A DNA stretch of 64,000 nt, taken from IMG/VR virus record IMGVR_UViG_3300033148_005588, positions 1 to 64,000 of that record, one strand, 5' to 3'. Of this stretch, positions 26,573 through 36,200 are shown one piece after another. This DNA is from a virus. Lineage: Duplodnaviria > Caudoviricetes. The notes beneath the pieces were generated by a model, which worked only from the letters and a program-made list of their open reading frames with translations, did not search any database and was not told the DNA's origin. Numbering within the stretch: position 1 is the stretch's first letter; each line of letters opens with the position of its first letter. The translations under genes were made by a program, and so were the position numbers.

Positions 26573-27184
26573 TTATACTGCTATCTTAGCATTACCATCT
26601 CTAAGGCGCATCAAGAATTTCGCCATACGCCGATCGCAAAACCACCAGGTGACAGAAGAGACAGTCAAGTATAGAATTGTCATAACCAACTGGTCAAGTA
26701 AAGCTGTAGCTTTTGCTGCGTCTAGGGCGCCGCCAGTATTGTGGACAGCTTCCCATACCAATATAGTAAGCCACGTACTAGCACCAACTAAATAATAAGT
26801 CAGAACAGGACGAGCAGCTCTTCTCAGCACATCCACAAGAGCAAACAAAAGGCCCACTAGGGCTGGGGCCCACACCCTGGCCCATCGGCTCTCTGTGAGA
26901 TACTTCATGTATGATTCTTGGAACAAGTCTTTGGATAAACCTTCATAAGACTTAGCCAGGGCTTCTGTCTCTGCTTTGCGCACCTCTCCCTCTGTTTGGG
27001 CCTCTACAACCTTTATCTTAGCCTTTTGCTCCTGGATCATACTCTGAGTCTCAGCCTCAATTCGTTTTAGTTCGTGTTCGTTCTTCATTTTCTGCATCTT
27101 GTAACTGGTGTATGCTGTTATGGCAGAGCCAGCCAATCCAGTAATGGCCCCAAAAACTCCTGATCCTAATAAACCGCTTAACAT
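26573..27184 (-). CDS. holin-like membrane protein (3-TM type)
   Basis: Start reassigned to MLSGLLG (SD AAGGAGG); R..RPVLTY and WWF.DR motifs; several TM segments. Confidence 0.65.
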   Translation of the reverse strand: MLSGLLGSGVFGAITGLAGSAITAYTSYKMQKMKNEHELKRIEAETQSMIQEQKAKIKVVEAQTEGEVRKAETEALAKSYEGLSKDLFQESYMKYLTESRWARVWAPALVGLLFALVDVLRRAARPVLTYYLVGASTWLTILVWEAVHNTGGALDAAKATALLDQLVMTILYLTVSSVTWWFCDRRMAKFLMRLRDGNAKIAV

Positions 27185-27186
27185 GG

Positions 27187-27615
27187 TCAGTAAACCTCCT
27201 TTATGATTAAGGTGAATGGTTCCTCGTCCATAACGCTGTGGAAGGCTCTGAGCGTTACCCTTGATAAGAGAACAGCCTTTTGTCCCCACAGCGTCCCTCT
27301 ATACTTACCAAGCAAGGGGCATCCATAACTATGCGCCTTGTAGCCTTTAGAAGTGTCCCCCGCAACATTGCCAGAGTGGATTCTTATACCAGTTCTATGT
27401 CCGGTTCCCAGCAGCAGATACAGCTTCCTTCTGAATCTCAAAGAGTGACAAAACATAACCTCATACTCTCCTGGGGGTATACAAGAAACATTCTTCCTGT
27501 TGTCTCTCCAAGGTAGCTCCATAGTGAAGCACTCAAACCCTGCCGTGATGAGGCGGCCTTCTGTGCCTTGATCTCCTGTTGAAGTTCTTATTAGAAAGAC
27601 TTTTCTCTTAGCCAT
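27187..27615 (-). CDS. DUF5675-family protein, probable endolysin
   Basis: GT.G.L..C.T.E.PW..N..SCIP.G.Y, I.IH.GN, S.GC.L.G pattern; adjacent to the holin. Confidence 0.75.
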   Translation of the reverse strand: MAKRKVFLIRTSTGDQGTEGRLITAGFECFTMELPWRDNRKNVSCIPPGEYEVMFCHSLRFRRKLYLLLGTGHRTGIRIHSGNVAGDTSKGYKAHSYGCPLLGKYRGTLWGQKAVLLSRVTLRAFHSVMDEEPFTLIIKEVY

Positions 27616-27645
27616 TACACAGAACCTTTCCTTCTTCTTCTGCTG

Positions 27646-28116
27646 CTAGTGTAATTGCACTGCTCTGCCATGCCTCTCTTCCCACAAAAATATAGCTTTA
27701 TACATTAGCACTCTCCAATAGTTCTCTGCTGCCTCGCTCAGAGGCTGTCTATACCAATGAGCACCTCTAATAACATAAAGCAAGGGTTTGTTGTTCTCTA
27801 AGTAGCATATCCCTGCAATGTGGTGCTGTGGGGAGATAACTACAAAAACGACAGCTGCTCGTATGGAGGCATTTCTACTTGGATTAACAAAGACATACGC
27901 TCTGATATTTGGACTTCTGTTATTGCTGCCAGTGAAGATCAAATCCCAAGCATCTACCACTGTAAAGGGAGAGATGCTTGGCTCTTCTGGGTATGAGTCT
28001 GGAGATGCTCGTGTGGCTGAGCTAGTGCTGGCTACAAACGCTCCTAAAAGGAGAGAGATAGCCATTATGGCAGCCACAAGTAAAACCTTCTTTAAAAGAA
28101 ACTCTTTACTCATCAT
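27646..28116 (-). CDS. hypothetical exported/membrane protein
   Basis: N-terminal signal-like hydrophobic segment. Confidence 0.55.
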   Translation of the reverse strand: MMSKEFLLKKVLLVAAIMAISLLLGAFVASTSSATRASPDSYPEEPSISPFTVVDAWDLIFTGSNNRSPNIRAYVFVNPSRNASIRAAVVFVVISPQHHIAGICYLENNKPLLYVIRGAHWYRQPLSEAAENYWRVLMYKAIFLWEERHGRAVQLH

Positions 28117-28140
28117 TTGTGTTTTCTTTGACCTCCTCTC

Positions 28141-28605
28141 TTATTTTTTCTTCTTTGGTTTTTGTGCTGGTGGTGGAGTGGCCTCTTCCTTCTTTATGTT
28201 AATGAACTTTGTGATAGAGCCCATGTCATCAGCACTCCATTTTCTAGCAGCACGCAACTCTTTTGCAGAGATGGTAACCTTGCTCACCCCGCTCATCTCA
28301 ACCTCTGCTTCTAGCAGTTCATTTAGCTTCTCTTGGAACTTTTGTAGGTTTGCTGGATTCTGGTAAAAGGTGTACTCTCCTCTGTTGCCTATCTTGGGCT
28401 TGCCGCTTTCGTCTTTGTCACAGTATTTCTCTGCTAAAGCCTTTTTTGTGTCCTGGTAGGCTTTGAGAAACGGCTGCATCTGCTCTCGCTGCTGGTTAAG
28501 CTCAAGCGTGATGAGTATGTCATCAAACTCCGTCTTGTACAGTTTATCATAACCGCTATTCGTGGTTGTGACAGCTTCCAAATCTTGGTTTGTACACTTT
28601 ATCAT
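28141..28605 (-). CDS. hypothetical protein (tail-region, DUF1617-like)
   Basis: L.EKYCDKDESGKP pattern typical of tail-adjacent proteins. Confidence 0.55.
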   Translation of the reverse strand: MIKCTNQDLEAVTTTNSGYDKLYKTEFDDILITLELNQQREQMQPFLKAYQDTKKALAEKYCDKDESGKPKIGNRGEYTFYQNPANLQKFQEKLNELLEAEVEMSGVSKVTISAKELRAARKWSADDMGSITKFINIKKEEATPPPAQKPKKKK

Positions 28606-28653
28606 ATCTCAAAACTCCTCCTTCTTATGTAGATTTTGGTTAAATCTCTTCTC

Positions 28654-28908
28654 TTATCTAGGAGAAAAAAGTTTCAACAAGGTTTCCACTTCTTCCAACT
28701 GAGCCAGCAGTGACCGCTTGCGGTTTTCTAACTCTCTTTTTTCGTGCTGAATTCTTGTTGGCTGTAAAGCCTCTCCAGTCTCAGGATCAAACCGCTTCTG
28801 CTCCAGCACCAGAATTTCATCGGCGGTTACTGGTGCTGGCTCATTCTTCATCACCTCTACAACAGTCAGCAACCCTTCATTCAGTTTTTCTTGTAGTGTT
28901 TTCATCAT
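28654..28908 (-). CDS. hypothetical protein
   Basis: Co-oriented ORF. Confidence 0.55.
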   Translation of the reverse strand: MMKTLQEKLNEGLLTVVEVMKNEPAPVTADEILVLEQKRFDPETGEALQPTRIQHEKRELENRKRSLLAQLEEVETLLKLFSPR

Positions 28909-29251
28909 GTTTGTCTCCTATCAATAGCTTCTCTTTCATACTAGAAAGTCTCAGTCGCCTCTGTCTTTCCTCCACAAAAGCCTGCAAGTCAATGCCAGAG
29001 TTTCTGCCCATTACTTCAGCTACTACCTGAACCCAGGCAGCCTCGTTTCTCATTTCTTCCTGAGCCTTCTCCACCCCAATTAAACGATTGTACAACTCCT
29101 GAATCATTAACATAGTTCGTTTTGGAGCGCAATCTTCTATGTACTTTATTTCAGTGCTATTCTCTGGCTTCCATCCAGACCTGATATAATTAGGGCATTT
29201 TTCTTTGTACTTCTTCCAGAGATGACAATCTTTGTTGCATGTATTTTCCAT
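28877..29251 (-). CDS. hypothetical Cys-containing tail-region protein
   Basis: C...C..W..CP..W..DCA pattern. Confidence 0.6.
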   Translation of the reverse strand: MENTCNKDCHLWKKYKEKCPNYIRSGWKPENSTEIKYIEDCAPKRTMLMIQELYNRLIGVEKAQEEMRNEAAWVQVVAEVMGRNSGIDLQAFVEERQRRLRLSSMKEKLLIGDKHDENTTRKTE

Positions 29252-29255
29252 TTCG

Positions 29256-29819
29256 CTAATCCTTTTTTACCATTATGCAGCAGTACGCTGCCGGACGCCA
29301 AGAACTACCATGATTGTGGGGTTGACCCCCGCCAGTAGACCCTATCTGACCCGTTAAAGTTGTGTATTGACTTTGGCCTTGGCTGGCAGCAATACTCTGA
29401 GCAGTGCCTTCAGAAGTTTTGAAGTCAATATAAGAATCGTGACCATGAGATGGCATTTCTGATATTGTCAGGGTATGATTAGGCTGTTGCCATGTCCCAC
29501 TACTATGAACTGTACCACCAGTCTGCCCACCAGCAGCGCTACCTTTGGTTACATAGACAAGCTTATCATCTAGCGTGTTCTGAATTGTCCAGCCTGTTGG
29601 AGCAGTATTTTCATACAGCAACAAAGTTCTGCCTGTGGCAAAAAAATTGTTCACCTTATAGTCAATACTGTCTGTATCAACGGAACCATCAATGCCCAGC
29701 TTGGCTTCTAGTGCTTCAACTGCATCTTGAACATCATTTATGTCCGCAGCCATCACATTGTCTACGTTGTCTGTTTTATTTGTGAAAGAATCTAATGAAG
29801 TTGGATAGTTTGTTGCCAT
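29256..29819 (-). CDS. small tail-fibre/collar-like protein
   Basis: YPTSLD..V.A.DIN..QDA..ALE, APTGW, HTLTISEMPSH.H motifs. Confidence 0.7.
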   Translation of the reverse strand: MATNYPTSLDSFTNKTDNVDNVMAADINDVQDAVEALEAKLGIDGSVDTDSIDYKVNNFFATGRTLLLYENTAPTGWTIQNTLDDKLVYVTKGSAAGGQTGGTVHSSGTWQQPNHTLTISEMPSHGHDSYIDFKTSEGTAQSIAASQGQSQYTTLTGQIGSTGGGQPHNHGSSWRPAAYCCIMVKKD

Positions 29820-29820
29820 T

Positions 29821-30198
29821 TTATTTCTCCTTTTTCTCTAAGCTATTTAAGCTCTCTTGCTCACTGTTTATCTCTTTGGCTGTCTTGACGACAGCTTTCT
29901 GGATTATAGTGTCTTTTGTTGTTGAGTCTAAAGTTCTGACATCAATAACAGGAGGCACTCTCCCAATTGTAGCCAAATCTTCTTCAGATATTACCACATC
30001 ATTATTGTCAGGATCGAGGGCTTTTTTTACTACCTCATCTTTGGCCTGACGGATGCGATTGTAAATAGCGTTTGCTACCCACTCAATGTAATCATAGGTT
30101 ATGTGGTTAAAGGCCTTTGCACCAGCAGAACCACCAATTGCTAGAATAATGTCTTCAATCTTTTGAATTGCTTCTGATGGAAGTTTGTCTTTCATCAC
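29821..30198 (-). CDS. hypothetical protein
   Basis: Co-oriented ORF. Confidence 0.5.
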   Translation of the reverse strand: MMKDKLPSEAIQKIEDIILAIGGSAGAKAFNHITYDYIEWVANAIYNRIRQAKDEVVKKALDPDNNDVVISEEDLATIGRVPPVIDVRTLDSTTKDTIIQKAVVKTAKEINSEQESLNSLEKKEK

Positions 30199-30209
30199 TT
30201 TATATCCTC

Positions 30210-33200
30210 CTAAGATAATTTATGTATGTCGAAGTAGGTAGCATCAGCACTAGCAACCAAAGTTTTTGAACTGCCACTATTTTGCCAAACCCAAAGTTCA
30301 ACATAATCATTTGTTACAAGGTATATAACTGCTGCTGTTGAACAACTGGCGTTACCCTGAGTTCCCGACACAGAACTGTCACTTTGAGCAACTATCGTAC
30401 CGTTTTTACGGAGTTGCGTCACGATAGCTTGATCGGTTGTTGGAGAACTAAAACGTACTTTACCAATCAACAAGTAATAACCACCGCTATTAGTAGTAAA
30501 GCGATAGTTAGAAGCAATATCAAACTCATTCTGCTCATCATAATTCTTGGTATTAAGGGTAACTTTCGTGAGAGTATTATGTGATATAGACTGCCCTGTT
30601 CCGCTCTGATATGCCCTAGCTCTGGATTGTTTGGGGAGACTCAAGACACCATCATCATCCAAGTCAAAGGCTTCGACTCCTGCTACATCCATACGAATGT
30701 GGTCTTCATCTGTGCTTTTCTCTACATAAATTCTTGTGTCATTATCGTCGTCTCGGATTGTAACTTCCCACGTACCAGGAGTACCAGCAGAAGTACATCT
30801 TTTCAGATTGCCATTAACAACACATACATCACCTACTTCTGCTGCTCCGGAAGGGTTGCTCGCTCTATTGTAAAAATGGAAATCTGCCACAGTTTGTTCG
30901 GCAGCAATATAAAAGGGAACATCATAAGCTGAATGATGAATATAGGCCAATGCTCCAGAGCCATACTTAGTACCGTCGCCGTACTTGAAAGTGCCATATT
31001 TTCCTGTTGTAGCTCCTGTATCAAGAACAAGACCATCAGAGGTGAGAATAATCTTCTTCCCCGACGTAGCCGTCCTGAAAGTGCCTCCGGTGATAATACT
31101 TCCGTCTATAGTGCTGCTGGTGATGGAGGCTGAAGTAATATTACTGGATACGCTGAGATTTCCGCTTGTATCCCAAGAAAAAACGTTTGCGCCAACGAAC
31201 CATCCACTGCCGTCTATGTTTAATCTCATCCGTTGCATAGCACCTGAATACATCTGGATGCCGTCAGTTCCATTAAGCAGGATATATTCACCGCTGCTAG
31301 AGTCACCCAGCGTGAGCACTCCGTTTGTCAGGTCAGTGTAGACAGTGGCTCCGTTTTTTATTTGGACTGCTGTGGGGCTTACCTTCACATGCTCCCCGGC
31401 CTGCAGCCCAACATACAAATTGCTACCGTCAAATTCAAACTCAGGAGTACTGGAACCGCCTAGCTTAAATGTGCCATCATTCAGGTTGAGCATTGAGCCT
31501 GCGCTGGCAGCATAATTGTCCGATTGGATAATGCCGGTGCGTATTCTGTTTCCGCTTATGCGTGTGCCCCTGTTGCCTGCGGGGTAGAGATAAAGGGCTT
31601 TTACCTCTGAGGGTGTGAGTGTCTCTGTATAAAAACGGCACTCATCAATATTACCAACGAACTGCCACCCTGATGCCAACCTGTAATGACCACCGATTTT
31701 AACTGAGTAAGTATCAAGCAGGATATCCGAGGTGTTTTGAAAAACGCCACCATCGGCTTCCTCCCCGTTTATGTAGACTCTGTACCAGCCTGAAGTATCC
31801 CGTGTTAGCACAATAAAGGAGTATTCGTTTAGATTGATTGTATCTGTTGTTTTGTGGTTTATAGTCCAGTCTATCCCATCTGTGCTGGCAACAATCCAGA
31901 TTTTTTCACTGGAATCTAAAGCGAAACTAAGTGCATTGTGATTCGTTGTACCTATACCCAAAATAGTCTGACCATCTGATGGAGAGGCAGTTGGATTGAC
32001 CCATACACAGATGCTAAACGGTTTAGCAGAGACATCCTGTATATCAAAGACGGAATCAGATGCTATTTGCACATACTCATCAGTCCCCCCAAATTCCAAA
32101 CACTTTCCAACAACACCGTCAACCCAGTCAGCCTCTTCCATATTTTGGAGAGTGCCATCATTTCCATTTCCTGAGCTGTCAACCGCCACTGTGCCCGTAC
32201 CATCATCAAAGCTCCAATACCCAACCAAGTTTTCATCACTGGGCAAATCGGCAAACGCCCCCACTCCTATGTCCACTGTGCCGGCAATGTTAACGTTGCC
32301 AGAGGGATCGGCCTGGAACACTTTGTTATTGCTAGAGTCGGCAATGAACAGCCCATCCGTGCTGTTCCACTCTATGCGCTCTGTGGAAGAAGTATCCCCT
32401 GCCCAAAAGGCCCCCGCTGTAGACAGCTCCAAGTGGCTTGTGGTGTTGGTGCGCAATTTGATTGTTCCGGCGGTGATCTGGATGTTGCTCTTAGAAACAG
32501 CCACCTCACCCAGCGTCCATACGCTGCTGCTCAGTTGTGCCTGCACCACATCTCCACTATCAAAAAACCTGATGCCATTGCTAGGGTCAATGGTAATGTA
32601 GTCAGCGGCGGAGTATTTCCCAAAAGCAGCTCCATAGGTATCACTACCATACCCATACAAGCCGTTCAGATTGCCCACTGCCCATACTTCTGTCCAATCG
32701 TTATATGTGCTACTGTTTCTGACGTTGCCTACTATGGTTGGGCCGTACTGAGAGGAAGACTTTACTCCCCTGACTGAGTAGATGTCTATAAATCCGTCTC
32801 CCGTAGTGCCAGTGTTTAGCACTGCATCCCCTGCATACCACTGGTTGGCTCCTGAGCCGTCTAAGTTTCTGGTGACTGTGTAAGAGTAAGGGCCGGAGCC
32901 ACCAGGAGCTGAGTCAATACTCATAAACTCCACTTTGCCGTTTGATTCCAAGTAAACCCTGTCTCCGTTGGCTAGATTGTTGTGCTTTACGTAGATGGTG
33001 GTATCCCCAGTGCCCAAATCGCTTGTTAGCTCTGTGGTAGGGGCCACAAGTATCCTACCGCCAATAGTAGCCATCGTGTCTTGAGCAACCAGGGTCTCAA
33101 CCCACAATTCTGCTGCGTGCAGGGTGAGGAACTTCTTGGTCAGCAGGCCAAGATTTATATCGTAGTTAGTGTTTGGGTATACATCGTTGCCAGTGGGGTT

Positions 33201-36200
33201 GAGGATAAAATCTCCAGTGGGAGCCAGGGTCAAAGTTCCGTTTGAGCCTACTGTAAAACTAGCATAGCTGGAATTGTCATACTCCAATCTCAACTGTTCT
33301 GAGGTGGAGAGGACTTGTAGCTTGCCTGCGTTGTCTGTAGTAGTGCCGATGAGGACGTTGCCAGCGTTTTTTATCGCCATTACAGCATTCTGCCCACCCA
33401 AAACAATGTCACTTGAAATTGCACGAATTTGAAGCGGAGTAGTACCTTGTGATTCAATTAGTGAATTATTACTTCCAACGCCAAACCTATCAAAATCCCT
33501 AGTAAAGAAAAGATCGCCACTAGCCGAGTTAATGATAAAACTGTTACTCCTTATCTGCCCTATCACATCCAATGGTTTCGATGGGCTCGTCCCAATCCCC
33601 AATCTACCATTCTGCATATCCATAGTGATCTTGGTATTTGGGGAGCCGGAGTTGTAGTCCTGGAAGTAGATTTTGTCTTCTGCTCTGAGGTAAATGTCTG
33701 AGGTGTTTGCTGTGCCTTTAGCATCAATGTACAGATTGCCTGCAGCTCTGTTTCTTATGTAACTATTTCCTGCGTTATCCAACCAAAAGGCTAGCCCTAA
33801 TGTATCGGTTGTACTATAGCTATCATTACCAATCATTAAAGCATAAGGATTGCCATCGTCCTGAGTTATTTTGAGTAGAATACTGTTACTTGTTCCGCCG
33901 TCTTCAATTTCCACATTGGCCTGGGGAGTGGTGGTGTTAACACCGATCTCTGATGTAAACAGCGCATAACTACCCAAATCAACATCCTTAACTGCCCCGT
34001 CATAGGGTACAAAGATACTGCGGAATACTTCACTATTGGCAGGAATATCCCACCTGGAGCCTGTACTGCCCCGATAGTAAATACGCACAGTGGGGGCATT
34101 ACCGCTGCCTGTCACTGAGGCATACAGTTTACCTACAATCCTGGAACCACTATCAGGCTCATAGTCTGAAGTGAGCACTAGGGGTATAACAAAAGTGTCT
34201 TTGCTGTCAACTTCATTGCTAATGGAAGATGTTGCTATCAGTGTCTCTGATGTATCCGATTTTCTCTCGTACATCTTCCAGTACAGTTTCAGAGTTTTTG
34301 TGCCCGTGGTTTTTTCTGCCGTAAGATAAAAATTGAAATCACCAGTCAAGAGCACATTTGGTGATTCTCCAACAGGAGAAATCCAACCACCAATATAATC
34401 CTCATCACTTAAGCCGGCAGACTCCAAATAAGTCTCTGCATCGCCTGATGGTGTTAGAGAGCATAGCTTGTAATCCTCAACACCAGAGGCAGTATCCAAC
34501 ATATAGTAAGAAGCCCCAAGGCTAGTGACAGAAAGGTCAACGTACTCCTTGGTGGCTAATTGCTGCAAGCTTCCAGCGGTGTCAACAGTGGCATCTGATG
34601 TCAGTTCAGCACCGTCCCAGCTCAGGGTAGCCGCTCCTCCTGTGGTTCTATCCAAAATCAATTGAACAGTAACATCATCAGCATCATCGTTGATAGTGAA
34701 GGTGTTGGCAATGGTAGTCGCTATATCTGAACTGCCAATAAAATGGCCTGTTATAGTAAGATCAGTACCATCCCATTTTAGATACTTATCATTTGGATTA
34801 CCAATATGTAATTTATAGGTTCCGCTGTCATTCCCCATCCAGATTCCTGTACCTGTCATATACCCCGTAGCCGAGCCCATCTCTATGGCAGGGGTTGAAG
34901 AGTCCAAAGTGATGTTACCAGCTGTGAGAGAGTTTGTATCAAAGTTCCATCCTGCAATCACAGCATCAGTGTTTCTAATCCTGAAGACAATATTACCAAA
35001 GGCATCTTTGCCCTCTAGGCCATACTCATTTGTGTCCAGCTTGCCCATCTTAATGCGGTCAATGTCATTCTCGTGTAGCTTTATCACCGGGACGCTTGGG
35101 TCTAGCATTATGTACTGGGTATCGCTTCCAGAAGAGGCCACTTTCAGCTTTCCCGGCAGTACATTAGGTGCATGGCCAGAAGAGACAGTTCCAGAGGGAC
35201 CAACTACCACAGGAGACCACGTGCCGGTGCTTGTGTCCGTAGAGGGAGTTATAGAAGAAGGAGACAGGTCGTCCCAATCATCAAGAGCATACTTGAAAGA
35301 TGTAAGCGAAAACTCCAAAGACAAGTCTTGGCGTATTCTGACCTGGTCAACTCTTGCGCTAAAGCTTGAACCGTAGAAGCTGTCGTCCACAGTAATAATG
35401 TCCTCTGGCTGGTAGACCAAAAGATCATCTCTGCCTGTGAAAGAGATGCGAGCTTCTGCTCCATATTTGCGCTGGAAGAAGAGCTGTCCCAACTTCTGTG
35501 CATGGATGGAGTTTGAAACAAGGGGACAGTACAAAATCTCATAAGAGGGATAGTCTGTGCTGCTTTTTGTAGCAACAACAGTCTCCACCAGAGTTTCCTG
35601 AGAGGAGCCGGATGGCCTCCATGCCACATGTCCCGAGTCATAGACTATGTTCTGGTAAGGGGTTTTACGGAATGTTGAGCCCCCTTGCTCATTTCTGCTC
35701 CGTACACAGCCACTAGTCAGAGTGCCGCTGCTTGCCTTGCTCAATAAGTGTAGCTCTATTTTGTCGGTAAAGCGCAGTGTGCAATGAGACATACTCAGAA
35801 GCTCTGAGATTAGCCTGCTTCTGTCTTGCTTGTAAAACAAAGCTCCTTGTAAGCTCAAACTCCAAGAATTGGTATGAATATCCTTTACATATTCAAAAGA
35901 GCTTATAGCCTTTACCACAATATTGTCCCATTTGCTCCAGCCACTTGCTGGGTGTCCATCTTGACAAACTACATAAACAGTGCTAGCTGTTGGAGTGAAG
36001 TAAAAAGTGTGAGTGCCTGCTGAAGTTATACTTTCTTGCACAAGGTCTCCTGTATACAGAGAATCGCCAGAAGGCGAGCTTGTCCCTATACTAAAGTACA
36101 TATTCGACATGGCACTAGCGGAATCCAGCTTCACCTGCACCTTGTGCTTTTTGCCTGGCAGAACAGGGATAGCTTGATATCCCTTGAGCCATATGCTGGA

